DNA of 63,120 nucleotides, filler included, from Lenisia limosa (taxonomy: Eukaryota > Protista > Breviatea): the NCBI GenBank assembly GCA_001655205.1. It is 11 parts of 11 records of this genome, joined end to end, with 100 filler letters (N's around TTAATTAATTAA, not from the genome) between each part and the next. Parts side by side here need not be neighbours in the genome. Positions count along the whole stretch, not along the records: positions 27,306 to 41,429 come from LPNZ01011057.1; positions 41,530 to 43,984 come from LPNZ01011279.1; positions 44,085 to 46,449 come from LPNZ01006711.1; positions 46,550 to 56,619 come from LPNZ01009874.1; 7 more parts are not named here. The stretch is one strand, 5' to 3'. How positions within the stretch are numbered: position 1 is the stretch's first letter; every line of letters starts with the position of its first letter. Shown in pieces: positions 36,601 through 49,989 of the stretch. Under the pieces are notes generated by a model. That model saw only the letters and a list, made by a program, of their open reading frames with translations. It ran no database searches and was not told the origin of the DNA. A program made the position numbers and the translations under genes.

Positions 36601-36910
36601 TTCAATGGCAGCAATCTATTAAAGGATGAGTAAAGAGGAAGGGAGAGGGTATAGGAAACAAACCCTGGTTGCAACATCTGTGGATCCGCTAAGTTTAGCC
36701 TTAAGAAGAAGTCCATCTCTAAGTTCGATCTCTTCATCAGTCTACAAGGTCATTTGGAATTTGGTGAATGTTTATTCATAGAAAAATAGAAGGCAGGCTT
36801 ACCAGTTCCTCCTCCTCTGAAATAACTTTTTTGTTTTTATTATCTACCTTTTCATCCGAGCTAGCGTTCACTTTCCCTTCAATATCCATTATAGACTCGT
36901 CCTTTCCCAT
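30616..36910 (-). CDS. RPN1: 26S proteasome regulatory subunit RPN1/PSMD2, many exons
   Basis: EEEELTDEEIEL / TLASVPKE / VVNGLVNTGLGGDKL / NKWLYK / GMHYLWDFDNGLTALDKWMYS / VNDCDPAFALL / GTNNSRVSATLRGLA / PRWIFTVDEENNPLETEVRVGQ / ELVGQVGHTQAITAFQTMNTP... stop at 30616. Probable start at 36910. Confidence 0.85.
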
Positions 36911-37460
36911 TACCGGCACTTTGGTTCCAGTAAGCAAACAATCCTATCAAAAACACCAACAAAACAAGTTAACAAAACAAAACAACAACAAAAGCAAAAA
37001 AAAACTTGTAAACCGCTCCCTGGCTCCCGGCATTTTGCGACCTTCCCCTGATTCAATTATTTCGAGTAGATCGTCGGAACTCCCGGAAACCTTAGCCTTT
37101 TCTTCTCTCTCTTACTCTCTTTCCTCTCTTCCTTCCCATTCTTCCAAAAAAGATTCCAAGACGATTCCAAAGAGGACCAAGTTCCTACGTTCCACTCTTC
37201 CCAGTTGTTGTTCTGTTGCTGTAGTGAGTGAAGGCCGTCGCAGTATCAAGGAACGAACACATTTCTCGTGTGCATTTGTCAGACAGTTTCCTGCTCCAAA
37301 GACATGAAGATCCACACTCTTTTTCTTTCTGCCTTCGCGGGGTAGGATAGTTCTAAACCTTCCCCCTAATTTATTTATTTAGGTTCTGGTACGAAGGGTA
37401 ATGAAGTGAAATTGGTGATATTTTACGTGTATCTTTTTACGCTGACAACCAAGGGGAAGT

Positions 37461-38457
37461 ATGGCGGCAGTGTTTACCAAAATTGCTGCCGGTGACTCAG
37501 TATGACATTCTGGGTTTTTTTTTTAGTGTTCTTTCATTTACATCTCTTCTTCGCCGGCAACCTATGCCTTCCAGGCTTCAGCCAGTATTGCAATTTTAGA
37601 CAATCATATTAAAGCCAAAGTGACTCTGTGATTCTCACTTTACAGCATATTGTAGTGTCTTTAGCCCAATCCCTCGTTACCAATCTGTCAACATACTGTG
37701 ACTCGCACCTGGCTATTGATGAGGTTGGGAGGACAGTATTTTCGTGCAATTGTGCTGCAATATTCAATTAACACATTTTCAGTCCTCATCCTTGATTCTC
37801 CGTGTAATCTTCGGAGGCTGTGTGGTTCTATCAAACGTCTTTATGTGGCTTGCCTTCTCCCAAGCCTTAGCAATGGGGTCATCTTCTGTGGGGGGGGGGG
37901 TGAATTAGNNNNNNNNNNNNNNNNNNNNNNNNNNNNNNNNNNNNNNNNNNNNNNNNNNNNNNNNNNNNNNNNNNNNNNNCTATCAAATGCTTAAGTGGTT
38001 GTCTTGGACACAATTTACCTCCATACTTCAAAATGCGATAACCTTAAAGTGATTTTTGTTTTAAAGCTAATCAACATCCACATACACATTCAGCTTCTGA
38101 ACCATTGTGTAAAAGGTGTCTTGAGTGGGCAACTCACGTTACGGCCAATTGTGTTCTCATCCTAGACTTCGCCTACATCGCTGCTCGTCTCATTCTTTTC
38201 GTTCAAGTTGCAAGTTGCCTTGACTTTACTTTCCTAGACTGAATGCACAGCCATTAACATGACCGCAAATTTTTTGACCAGTGTGAGTGAAAAAGAGGAA
38301 TGGGTTTGTTATATTCCTGTGACCAAATTAGGCGGTTGTTGGAGTGGTCTTGTTCGGTGAAATGCTCTCACCCCTGTGGTTCCTGGGCTCTGCATTTGTT
38401 CTGTTAGGCCTATTACACTTGAGTGGAGGAAAAGATGGGAAGGAGAAAACGGACTGA
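37461..38457 (+). CDS. TMEM42-like small multi-pass (EamA/DMT-type) membrane protein
   Basis: MAAVFTKIA / LRVIFGGCVVLSNVFMWLAFSQALAMGSSSV / AVVGVVLFGEMLSPLWFLGSAFVLLGLL...stop; fits the TMEM42 pattern NxxMWxxFxxAL...FGE. Confidence 0.65.
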
Positions 38458-38739
38458 TTTTACGTTCAATTTTGGTGATATCTCACACAGCGGTATGGCC
38501 TCTTTGTATCAAGAATGGCTTCAATAAGGACTATTATTTATTTTTGGTCACAATTATTTTTCGCTTGAAAGGTATCCTTAATATTATCAAAATATAAACC
38601 AAATTAGTAAGATTCTAGACCAGTAGACCTGTACATAAAGAAAGCTGCTCTATCCGAGGGGATATCGAGGAGAGGGGTTGTGGTCTAATTTAATAAAAGG
38701 AAATTGGGCAAGATAGATGGTATCTTATGCTCGTGAAGA

Positions 38740-41340
38740 ACCTACGTTGAAAGGAAGGCATATGGAATCCGTAGGCCAAAGAACAGCGCCAGTTAAGAAT
38801 CTAGCAATTAGAAAGACAAGTTTCACAAAGGAACAAGAAGAGAAGCACTCACCTGTCAATAACTGCAATTGTTTCAAAAGACGAAGGAGCATCTACAGAA
38901 TTAGACTGTTTCTGGAAAACATATATATACTCCCCACCTGTCTTCCGTATACTAAGAAGTTCGAAGTGGTCAGAACTGATTTTTGGCGACCATGACGACG
39001 GCTGCAAGTCGCAATCAGTGTGAACCGCAGACATCATTGGATATGCGCCCCGCTGGCCAGAAGCCTTTAACGTACCACCTTTGAGGATGGAGATTGTAAT
39101 TGTGCCACATGATGAGGACTATGTGGTGAACTTTTTCACTATCTCGCACAAACCTTATCTGCAGCCGTTCTATGTAATCCAAGTCCATCATCTCTTGATG
39201 GCACACGATGAAGATGGACAAAGGAGGTTGACACTACAAAGTAAAACTGACCTGTTGCCTTCTTGGAGAAGTAGCATTGCCTCAAACTTGTAGTTCTTGA
39301 CAGTCCAAAAGGACGGTTCATTGAGACAGCCAAAGATGGGGCTCCAATCGGCCCAATGAAAAACGCGTCGCTGACCGGTTCTGGAGAGAGGCCCGCCAAC
39401 ATTGCCATTGAGTGACCACTGGGAATGGCAGTCGACACCATGGACAGTATGTTCTTTGAACTAGTTCTTTAGAACAACTTTGATTCAATCATAACTTCAA
39501 GAACTGAACAGAAACACGATTTTGTAGTTGTAAAAGTGGTGAATATCGCTATTTACGATATGGAACAACAAATATTGATAAAAAAAATCCCGATTCCTGT
39601 TAAGCACTACGGGGAGGGGAGAGGGAGACAATGGCACCAACAACAACGAACAATCATATCCAAAAAAAAAAAAGTTATGCATGGAATTGTCATAATTCTA
39701 CCTTCTATCAAGTTTCTATGAAGAATTAGAGAGACTATTCCAAGTTTACCCTTTTTTAATGAAATCCCTTTTTCATAAAAAACCTCTAAATATAATGCCT
39801 CAGACCTTGAAAAAGCGAAGGAGAACTCCTGGAGCCATTCAGTGCCCTCAGCTGAGATGTGAGCCTCAATCAAGAAGCAGCATACCTGGAGTCCCTTGAA
39901 ACTTGATTGTGATATCACTGGTCACGTCCGGGTCTGATAATGGGACTGTTACTTCAACACTAAAGAAAGTCAACACTGAGAAATGTTTTATTAGATGACC
40001 ATCTCATAAAGAAGCCCCTTCACCAAGAAAGGTAGTTGTTCATGAAAGTAGTAGCCCTTGCAAATGAATGCCCTTGTACAACGAAGGTCTAAACAATGAT
40101 AATGCTGTTAGTTTTTATATACGGTGTGTATCATCATATCATATGATTCAACATACCACACTGTTGTCTACAAGAAGAGAAGGTAACGGAAGAAATACGA
40201 AAATTGCAGCCATTAATGGGAGAACCGTTTGAATTTGAAAGCGGAATCTTGCGAAGAAACTGTATCTAGAAAGGTAAAAATATTCAAATACAAAAGAGCA
40301 GTTATATATCTGGTGATACTGACCGAAAAGCTGCAGAGAAATAGGACACAGTGACAAGCGCTATAACTGAAAATGCTGTTGCTATCTGAAAAGTGAGTAA
40401 CACCCTAAAAAAAACACTGAATGAACAGTGAATATTCCCACAGGAAGGGGTGAAAATCTCAGTGATTTGCTCGACCTCTCTCTTTCTGTGAGGTAAACTT
40501 CACCACGAATCCTAAAGAAAATCAAATATTAAATCTAAAAAGGTATGATACTAATAAATAGCGCTTTATATTAAATAACCAGTTCTTCAACCTCCCTTAC
40601 GTAAAAACAATGAAAGCAGCTGTAATCATGATAATAATCACTAAACAGAAGTCAGGTGAAAGGTTTTCAAGACTCCATCATAAAGAAGACCCCAAAACCG
40701 GATCAAAACCATCAAAAGTGCTCAAAATTCGGTTAATCATGAAAGCATGCATTTTCCTACCCCTCCCCCTACCAATTGCTCTGAGAGTTGCCTTTCGGGG
40801 AACCTAATGTCAATGATTACAAAACCAATAATTGTCTTTACCTGGTTCCACCAAAGAAGCATTATTTTGACGTATAGGCCAGGGTAGGCTCTTCGCAGAA
40901 ACGCCACGAAGGGGCCTCGAATATACTGTGACGAGAGGCCAGACAGCTGTGTGAGTTATAAATACCCATGTGTCCTGATTTCCCCAGCACAGTTGGTCAG
41001 CATACAATGAAAGGAAGACACAAAGAAAAAATGAAGATAACTACTGCGGTCACGAGAGGTCGAAGATAGAAGAACGAGCGTGTTAGGTCTACAACAGTCA
41101 CAATAGTCCTTCAAATCCAGAAAATATCAATTAACAGCACCCACAGAATCCAGAAAAGGGTGTATTCAGATCGATTGTGCGAGTTCTGATTGATTCAGTA
41201 CCAGCCTTAACCGAAGGTGAGCCTGGACCATCATAAAGGGACAAGAAATATTTATGGAAAGAATAATGGCAGCTACTGACCTTGAAGATCCACATCTACT
41301 TGGAGGTCATGACTATTGACCACTGGCACGCGGGGCTCAG
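38740..41340 (-). CDS. Uncharacterised multi-exon gene or genes
   Basis: Open GT-AG exons, e.g. FKEHTVHGVDCHSQWSLNGNVGGPLSRTGQRRVFHWADWSPIFGCLNEPSFWTVKNYKFEAMLLLQEGN (39250-39456). No family recognised and ends uncertain. Confidence 0.4.
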
Positions 41341-41548
41341 AAAAGAACAAATCTGAAGGTTAGCAATATATATCACACCGTCCATATATCTGTGAATTTT
41401 CCTCTATCTGTGATTTTTTTTTATATATANNNNNNNNNNNNNNNNNNNNNNNNNNNNNNNNNNNNNNNNNNNNTTAATTAATTAANNNNNNNNNNNNNNN
41501 NNNNNNNNNNNNNNNNNNNNNNNNNNNNNCCCCCCCCCCCCTCGCTCA

Positions 41549-43880
41549 CTATTTAGTGTCTCCTCCCCGCAGGCCTGTGAGATCGTTCTCAAGTTGGGCT
41601 CTGGGAGATGGTGTTATTGGAAGCATTCATGAGTGTCAAAAGTTGCTTACATGATGTTGTTTTTCTTCAATGTTCCATTTGAATTATTCCGTTAATATTG
41701 ACCCCCCCCCCCCCATTTNNNNNNNNNNNNNNNNNNNNNNNNNNNNNNNNNNNNNNNNNNNNNNNNNNNNNNNNNNNNNNNNNNNNNNNNNNNNNNNNNN
41801 NNNNNNNNNNNNNNTTGTTTTTATAATTTCATGATATTCATTATCGATATCTTCCCGGTTTTTTCGAAGTGAAGCCCTAATTGTGATACGACTATACCTA
41901 TTATCTCTGAGAATTACTTCTTAGGATCCCCCCTGCCAGTTCGTCGTCGACGTAGTTCTCCTTCTCCTCAGAAGAAAAGGTGGAGGGGGGGGATATCACG
42001 GGAGGTATTTTGCTAAAGAAATCTTTCAAAAAGTTAATTCGGTGACAACCTTTATTAACATCATAAGTTAATTCGGTGACAACCTTTATTAACATCATAT
42101 TATTAATATATGATATCTATTATACTACACATGTCACTGCTTTCTCAGACCAATGCTCACACTCAAGGACCCCCAGCCCCAGGCCCTTCAGAAGGTCGCC
42201 CACAGACTCCCCTCGCCGCCGTTACAGATCAAGATCCCCTGCAAGGAGACGCTAGGTCAATGTATTAATAGATTTCTAGAAAGTGATGTTAGGCCCCCAT
42301 TAATTGAGTCATTAATTCAATTACCAACATTTAATATAGTAATAGTATAATATAAACATCATAAACTAGCTTGACAAAAAGTATCCCTCTCTGAATACAA
42401 CTAATTTTATACATTTGTCGCTACCAGAGCCTGAGGTTGAGGTCAGCCTTGAGCGCAAGCAGCATGCGCGGGTCTCCTGAAATGGCCCCGTCAAAGCCCC
42501 GCCACATCACCTCGGACTGGAGGAAAAGTAACAATTTGTTCGAGGGACAATTTAGGATAAAACGGGGGGGGGGGGNNNNNNNNNNNNNNNNNNNNNNNNN
42601 NNNNNNNNNNNNNNNNNNNNNNNNNNNNNNNNNNNNNNNNNNNNNNNNNNNNNNNNNNNACATGAGCATCAAACGTAAACACTGAGAGGTGAAAACGAGC
42701 ACAATGAAACACAACAACTCAATCGCGATTTGACCAACATACCTGGAGAATAGCCGTATCCGGTGACCACGTGATGATTGGAATGTCAAGGCTGTGAGCA
42801 AGCTGCAAAGGTAAGGGGGGTAGCCAGGGATTGTTTGAAGAAATTGGCAAAATTTGAAATATATATTACTCTGAAAAGGGATTCTAGTTACAATATGTCC
42901 GTCTCACTTCTTAATTACCCCCCCCCCCATACGGATACGAAGCTGTCAGTCACGGTATGATGACTCAGAGAGAACGACCGGATTCCTTCGGAAACCTCGG
43001 CCTAAATAGCGGGTTAAAAATGAGTAACTTCCCCTGAACTATAAGAAACAGACTCCCTCTCCTAAATCATCAGCAAATCAGCTAGAAAACGCACCCACAC
43101 CCCGGACACAGCAACCGCCGGTTCTCTATGATCCTAGTTTCAATAGAGACTTTATACAAAAAAAAAACAGCAATCACGATATCCCCTACAAGAAGCCAGG
43201 TTTTGTCGAAGATGGCTGGCTCGCTCCCCAGCCTCTGGAGCATGGACGGGATGTGCTGTTGTGTCAGAGGGGGGTAACAACCAAGCTATGTTTGGTGGAG
43301 AACTTAACGATAGTTTCATCCCCAGAGCCAGATAATAGATCAGGCATTCCACACCTTGTAGTGATGGACTTGCCATTCGGTTCTGCAGGAGGAAAAGATT
43401 CTCTTCTGCATAGCAGGGTACTTCTCGAGCAGCTCTGTCACCAATTGAAGTCTCTACGGGGGGGGGGGGGATGAAANNNNNNNNNNNNNNNNNNNNNNNN
43501 NNNNNNNNNNNNNNNNNNNNNNNNNNNNNNNNNNNNNNNNNNNNNNNNNNNNNNNNNTTTCACAAACACACAAGGATTAAAAACAATAAAAAAAAAGTAC
43601 AGGCCTAGTACTTCGACACCGTTGTGAACCACATCAAATGATGTCTATTATCGTCCTTTTTCCACAAGTTGATATGCTATGCCCGGTTAAATTGGCAGTA
43701 TTTATAACGATAGTTGACATGACCACATAATCAGTTTATTATTACTTAAAAGTACTGGAATGACAGATAAACAGTTGTCACTGACCAACCATTTTCTCCT
43801 GATCCTCGTTTCTCAGTACCTTGAGGTCCATGACAAGATAGGCGCTGTGCCTGAAGTCGTCAGTACAACATAAGGCTACA
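41549..43880 (-). CDS. Uncharacterised multi-exon protein, 5'-partial
   Basis: Exons ELLEKYPAMQKRIFSSCRTEWQVHHYK, HIPSMLQRLGSEPAIFDKTWLL, LAHSLDIPIITWSPDTAILQ, SEVMWRGFDGAISGDPRMLLALKADLNLRLW; terminal AQLENDLTGLRGGDTK stop. Confidence 0.5.
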
Positions 43881-44084
43881 CTGTGTTCCAAAAAAGTCAA
43901 GTATTTTGTATAGAGTATATACGTACATGTATTAGTATATCACATAATATACATGTAGATGGGAAATCAAACATATCTGGCCGANNNNNNNNNNNNNNNN
44001 NNNNNNNNNNNNNNNNNNNNNNNNNNNNTTAATTAATTAANNNNNNNNNNNNNNNNNNNNNNNNNNNNNNNNNNNNNNNNNNNN

Positions 44085-44218
44085 GCGTACGGTGCTGCAG
44101 AAGCGACCGGCCTGGGCTTTGTTTGTTTTGTTGTTTTCAAGCCTTGTGTGTTGCCAGCCAACAGAGTTGATTTGGGATTTTTTGTTTCATACATTTTCCA
44201 ATTTTACTCTCCCCCCAG
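44085..44218 (+). repeat. Repeat family B, most complete copy, ending at an acceptor
   Basis: GGTGCTGCAGAAGCGACCGGCCTGGGCTTTGTTTGTTTTGTTG...GCCAGCCAACAGAGTTGATTTGGG...TTTTCCAATTTTACTCTCCCCCCAG, then exon CSAVDG. Confidence 0.85.
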
Positions 44219-46170
44219 CTGCAGTGCTGTCGACGGGTTTCTCCTCAAAAACGGATCTGTTGATCACTGCGAACCATGCCCGGGCCCCAATAACCACCCG
44301 TTGATATTCGACGAGCACGCAAACGAGTGCGTGGATGGCATTACTTCTTTCATTTCTGTTTAACATTTTTCGTTTCTCTCTTTTCACCTGTCTTTCCTTC
44401 TTTCTCTCTTTTCACCTTTCTTTCCTTCTTTGTTTCTTTAGCGGTGGTGATGGTGATAATAAATTGATGGTGATGATGGGGGTGATCAAAAATTCTATAT
44501 TTTTTATTCTTCTTTTACCATTAACAGTGTCGGCTACTGTATATGTGGACCTGGATACGTGATTAATCAGGAGGAGGAAAGCTGTGAGCTCTGCAATGAT
44601 GGTAGGGGAGGGCACTTTCAATGAAGAATATTGCCGTAAAGGTCTAATCACGAATGAAACTCCAACAAGTGGAGGGGGGGTAATAATTGTGGTAATTCTG
44701 AGGGATAGAATTGTCCCCCAAGTATCGAAGTCCAATTTAGAGTAAAATATCGATAGTTTCCGAGGATTTATCGAGAAAATTCAGTTTTTTTTTTCGAACC
44801 GAAGTGAAGCCCTAATCACAACCCCGAACACTCTCTTATAATCCCGTTACAGCACCCCAATCACATAAAGAATACCTCCCATCCCCCCTCCCCCCCNNNN
44901 NNNNNNNNNNNNNNNNNNNNNNNNNNNNNNNNNNNNNNNNNNNNNNNNNNNNNNNNNNNNNNNNNNNNNNNNNNNNNNNNNNNNNNNNNNNNNNNNNNNN
45001 NNNNNNNNNNNNNNNNNNNNNNNNNNNNNNNNNNNNNNNNNNNNNNNNNNNNNNNNNNNNNNNNNNNNNNNNNNNNNNNNNNNNNNTTCCAAGTTTACCC
45101 CCGCCCTTCCTTAGAACCCTGTTACAACCACCAAATACTCCATTATCTAATAACTACTGTGTTATTAGCCTACAGAGTTGATTTTGGCCCTTTTTTTTTG
45201 TTTCATAAATTTCCAATTTTTCTATCCAATAACTTCCCAGGATACTACAAGTCCAATGAAGACTTCCGGGGATACTGCACCGCATGCCCAAATGACTCAA
45301 CTTCGAAGACCTCTTGTGGTGCTGCGTGGGGGGGGGGGGGGNNNNNNNNNNNNNNNNNNNNNNNNNNNNNNNNNNNNNNNNNNNNNNNNNNNNNNNNNNN
45401 NNNNNNNNNNNNNNNNNNNNNNNNNNNNNNNNNNNNNNNNNNNNNNNNNNNNNNNNNNNNNNNNNNNNNNNNNNNNNNNNNNNNNNNNNNNNNNNNNNNN
45501 NNNNNNNNNNNNNNNNNNNNNNNNTGTTTCACCAAAATCGATGCCATTTTTTTACAGTTTTTTATTTATTTATGTATTTATTGCGCCACTCTGTTTTACT
45601 GAGTTTAGATGTCCGGCAGGGTTCACGTGCTCTATCGGAATGCTGAAGATTCGAGACAATCTTGTTGATGTGGGTATTTTACCATCATTATTACCATCGT
45701 TACCATCATTATTATCATCATTATTACCATTCAACATCATCATCACCATCATTCTGATTATGATTCTCATATGTGTTGTTGGAAGGGGGGAGGGTAAATG
45801 TATACACATACAAGTATACAGACTGCGATAAGTCCAATATTAAGCTTTTTCTTTAGTCAATCATGCCAGGAATTATTATCAGTTGAACAGGAATATTTTT
45901 GTCAACATTTTTGCCAATCATTACATCTTGGGCTTCACTTCTGTTCGAAAAAAAACTGAATTTCTCGATAAATCCTCGAAAGCTATCGGTATTTATTTTA
46001 CTTATCTTTTCGAAACGAAGTGAAGCTCTAATTACAACGCTTTTACTCAGCCCCCCAGGACGGAGGCGGCAACATGGTCTCTTGCAACGACATAAACTCT
46101 GTTATCTCGGGCGGCGTGTGCGTGTGCCCGGCCAGATATGGCAAAGATTTGGGTAGCTCGTTATGCTCTG
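44219..46170 (+). CDS. Cys-rich (EGF/furin-like repeat) surface protein fragment
   Basis: DHCEPCPGP, GYCICGPGYVINQEEESCELC, GYYKSNEDFRGYCTACP, CPAGFTC, GVCVCPARYGKDLGSSLCS. Confidence 0.65.
44740..44812. mobile_element. MITE family A, partial copy
   Basis: ...GAGGATTTATCGAGAAAATTCAGTTTTTTTTTTCGAACCGAAGTGAAGCCC-TA. Confidence 0.72.
45169..45240 (+). repeat. Repeat family B, 3' part, at an acceptor
   Basis: ACAGAGTTGATTTTGGCCC...CATAAATTTCCAATTTTT...CTTCCCAG, then exon GYYKSN. Confidence 0.72.
45930..46028. mobile_element. MITE family A copy
   Basis: GGGCTTCACTTCTGTTCGAAAAAAAACTG...CTTTTCGAAACGAAGTGAAGCTC-TA. Confidence 0.8.
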
Positions 46171-49100
46171 TGGGCGGGGGGTGTGATTTTGAGTTTTTTA
46201 TATATTTTTTCACCCCCCCCCCAGCCTTGTCTATATTTGTTTTGTTGATATCGATATTGTTATTTGTATAGCTATATGCTATATCACGATACAAAGTATC
46301 TCATATATTATATACAATAATGATGCATATGATATGTATTATTATACTATATTATATCATGTGCAATATACATATGCATATGCGTATGTAACTAATGTAT
46401 ATCATATATGTATATTATTAAATCACCCCCCCCCCAGCCTTGTCTTGCCNNNNNNNNNNNNNNNNNNNNNNNNNNNNNNNNNNNNNNNNNNNNTTAATTA
46501 ATTAANNNNNNNNNNNNNNNNNNNNNNNNNNNNNNNNNNNNNNNNNNNNCCCCCCTTAGTTGGTACCGTCAACGGCTCGATTCTGAACATCCAAGACAAC
46601 TCCAATGACTTGATGTTCGAAGTGGTCTTTGTACAGTGGTGCGAGGGGGGGGGGTCTCTTTACATTATAAATCTTGGAAACAAAAAAAAAAGGGATACCA
46701 TAAACAAATTACTATAGCGACATGTACAGTGGTGGGGGGTATTCTTTATATAGAGAGGCTTCTATTCATATCTGGATGCTATATAGTGCGACTTAAAACT
46801 CAGCAATAATTTTCCTGTTCTGTTAAAATTTTTGTACTGTGTCAAGAATGAGCCCCACAGCATACCATCCCCTCTGTCAGGGACTAGCTATGCATCAGAC
46901 CTTCTGGATACCAACGTTCTTTTATTATATTATCATAACACTACAGTGATTCCGCTTCTGAGTTGTTTGTCAAGGGGAAAATCCCGGACCCCGAGGAAGC
47001 TAATGAGGTTTGTGTGTATGGGCAATGCTTTGAACCCTCCCCCCCCCAGGGCCATGTTGCTTTTGTCGAACGGCAGGGTAAGTAGTTGAGTGTTTTTTTC
47101 TTTCTTCTTTTTTCAAATAAAACAGTCAGAGAAAAAAGAAGAAAATGACAAACTTGCCAAATAAGGAGAGTTCGACCAATTACCCTACCGTTCGACTAAT
47201 GAGCAACAACATGGCTTGTCCAACGGAGATATAATATTGATGATTTGTGTTTGTACATTTTCCCTAATTTCATTTTTTTTTACTCCATGAAGGAAGAGAG
47301 CGGCGATGAAAGCAGCGACCTGGAGTGTTTGGACGAAGCCGCCCTGGAAACTGATGATGAGATTATCTGTCTTAACGACACTCACTTGGAAAGTAGGTTG
47401 TAGGATGGTTGTGGTTAGTAGGGGGACTTTGGGTGATTACTGAACTTGTTTGTCCAATGAGTTATGACTTTTTATCAAGGAGTGCAGGATACCGTAGGAT
47501 GGGGGCTTTTGGTTGATTTGGGCGTTTTTTTCATTGTTTCTGCTTCTTATAATGTTGTTTCTCCCTTCCCCTCATCAACACCATTTTCCATTCTGAGCCC
47601 CCACCTACCTAGTTTGTTTTGTTAGTTATCAACTCTCNNNNNNNNNNNNNNNNNNNNNNNNNNNNNNNNNNNNNNNNNNNNNNNNNNNNNNNNNNNNNNN
47701 NNNNNNNNNNNNNNNNNNNNNNNNNNNNNNNNNNNNNNNNNNNNNNNNNNNNNNNNNNNNNNNNNNNNNNNNNNNNNNNNNNTTGCTGGTTGTATATTAG
47801 TTTTGTGAATGTAATTGTATTCAGATTGTTCAAGGGATCCTACGATCCCACTCCTACCATTTTCAATTTCTGGTGTGCTTGGACTAGGCGACAGTATGTC
47901 AGTATGTCACACAAGGCGGATGTCACAGATCATATCATTGATGGTTTTTTTTTTATTATTTATTTACCTCCTCATTCTTCTGTGTCCAACTGTCCAACTG
48001 GAGGACTGGAGGAAGGAAACAAGAAGGTAGAAATTGGGTTGAAAGGTAGAAACCTTTGACAGATCTATGAAACAACCTAAAAATACCAGTTAGTGTGTTG
48101 CTTGGGTATTTCGTTAAATCCAAGTTAATATAACGACTCGCGCTAGTCTTCTTCAGCCTCCTCTTCTGCAGCTCTTCTGCTCTTCTGCTCCTTTTTTTTG
48201 AAAAAAAGTCACTAATAATTACCTAACGAGTACACAATAACAGGAGCAGGATAGCTTTGTTTTTTTCGAGGAAACAAACCTACAACATACAACTTGCCGA
48301 CAATACCGACACGAAAACAGCCTGATTGAGGGTCGCCAACAATAATTATGAAACACAGAGCCTTGCTTTTGGTCATGTTGCAACTTGTTTGCACGGCCCT
48401 TAGCGCACCTCTTGTGTTTGTGGGCTCTTCCTAGGAATTGATTATCCAACTCACAACCTTTTCCGTCACATTATGAAGTAGTATATTTGTTGCCTCCCTC
48501 TTTTACCAGGTTATCGTTGTCATGAAATAGTAGAAGGTAATTATTTCATATCAATCATTATTCTATTATGAGATATAGTATTCATTTACTTGCTTTACCC
48601 CNNNNNNNNNNNNNNNNNNNNNNNNNNNNNNNNNNNNNNNNNNNNNNNNNNNNNNNNNNNNNNNNNNNNNNNNNNNNNNNNNNNNNNNNNNNNNNNNNNN
48701 NNNNNNNNNNNNNNNNNNNNNNNNCATTCTTCCGAGCCATGCCGCATCCAAGGTTCGCGTTTTTGGTGTATTATGTTGGGCTTGCTTGGAGCTACACGGG
48801 TGATTGTGTCAATGGTTCCAGTGAGATACTCCTTCTCCTCCAATGATACGGCTCAAAGTGATTGGCTGAGTTAAAATATTGTACCATAATCCAACACTTA
48901 TCTTGTGATGGTCTGTGAGCCTTTTCAGATAATATCTTATGTTTTTTATTCATCTCTACATCAATGTGGCAGGATGTACTCTTTTTATTGTCTATCACAT
49001 ACACTGAAGTGATGAGATGCGGTGCTGCAGAAGCGACTGNNNNNNNNNNNNNNNNNNNNNNNNNNNNNNNNNNNNNNNNNNNNNNNNNNNNNNNNNNNNN

Positions 49101-49989
49101 NNNNNNNNNNNNNNNNNNNNNNNNNNNNNNNTGATTTTGGGCTTTTTTTTATTTCAGAAAATTTTCAATTACTCGCCCCCTCCCCCCCATTCTGTCTGAC
49201 TTTTTAAGGCGTATGTTGACGAGGTAAAAACACGTAAGCACTTCCGTAATAGAATAATTACTGCGACTCCTATCATCTACAGTGGTGGTGATGTCAATCT
49301 TTTTGTTCTAGAATTGAATCTATTGAAGTGACAGTCACTGGGGATTTGGGTTTTTTTAAAATGAACCAGCTTTATATATCCTAGAGATATTTGAGTAAAG
49401 ATATCCTTTAATAAAGAAGAGATTTGTATTGTGTTTTGTTTCACTCTGAGTTTCCAACCCCTGATTAATGACACACTTCATGTCTCCCAGAGCTGTCATG
49501 CATGATGATTGGCCCTTCGGTACCCGAGGGCGTCACACAGCAGATCTCCAATGTCGTGGTCACTCACTCCGGTTCCACTGCTGACGTCACTGTTTCCGTG
49601 AGCTGAGGGGTAGTCTTGACCGATTTTTCTGAAGGAAAATTAACATGTATTAAATAGTATCATAAATGATAAATACTATCATATACACTATATATATTTA
49701 TATAGTATATGCATGTAGTGTATTATATGCATATACAGCATTATCCAAAAGGGATTAACTTCAGAACATCGATAAATCCTCAATATGGCTTTTGGAACCG
49801 AAAGTGAAGTTCTAATATATCATATGTATGCAATTGCTTTGACGAGGTGTTGAGTTTCAATGATCAATGTGTGGAGAATGAACAAGTTGATAAATAAAAG
49901 TGCTCTTTCTAGAACTCTTTACAATTTAATAAGGAGAATGGAAGCGTCTAAAATGGGGGTTTCTTTACACTGATTTTTTCACATTATTT

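Noticed and set aside
44327-44340. Non-canonical GC donor in the Cys-rich gene
   Set aside because: A canonical GTGCGT donor at 44327 gives the correct phase.
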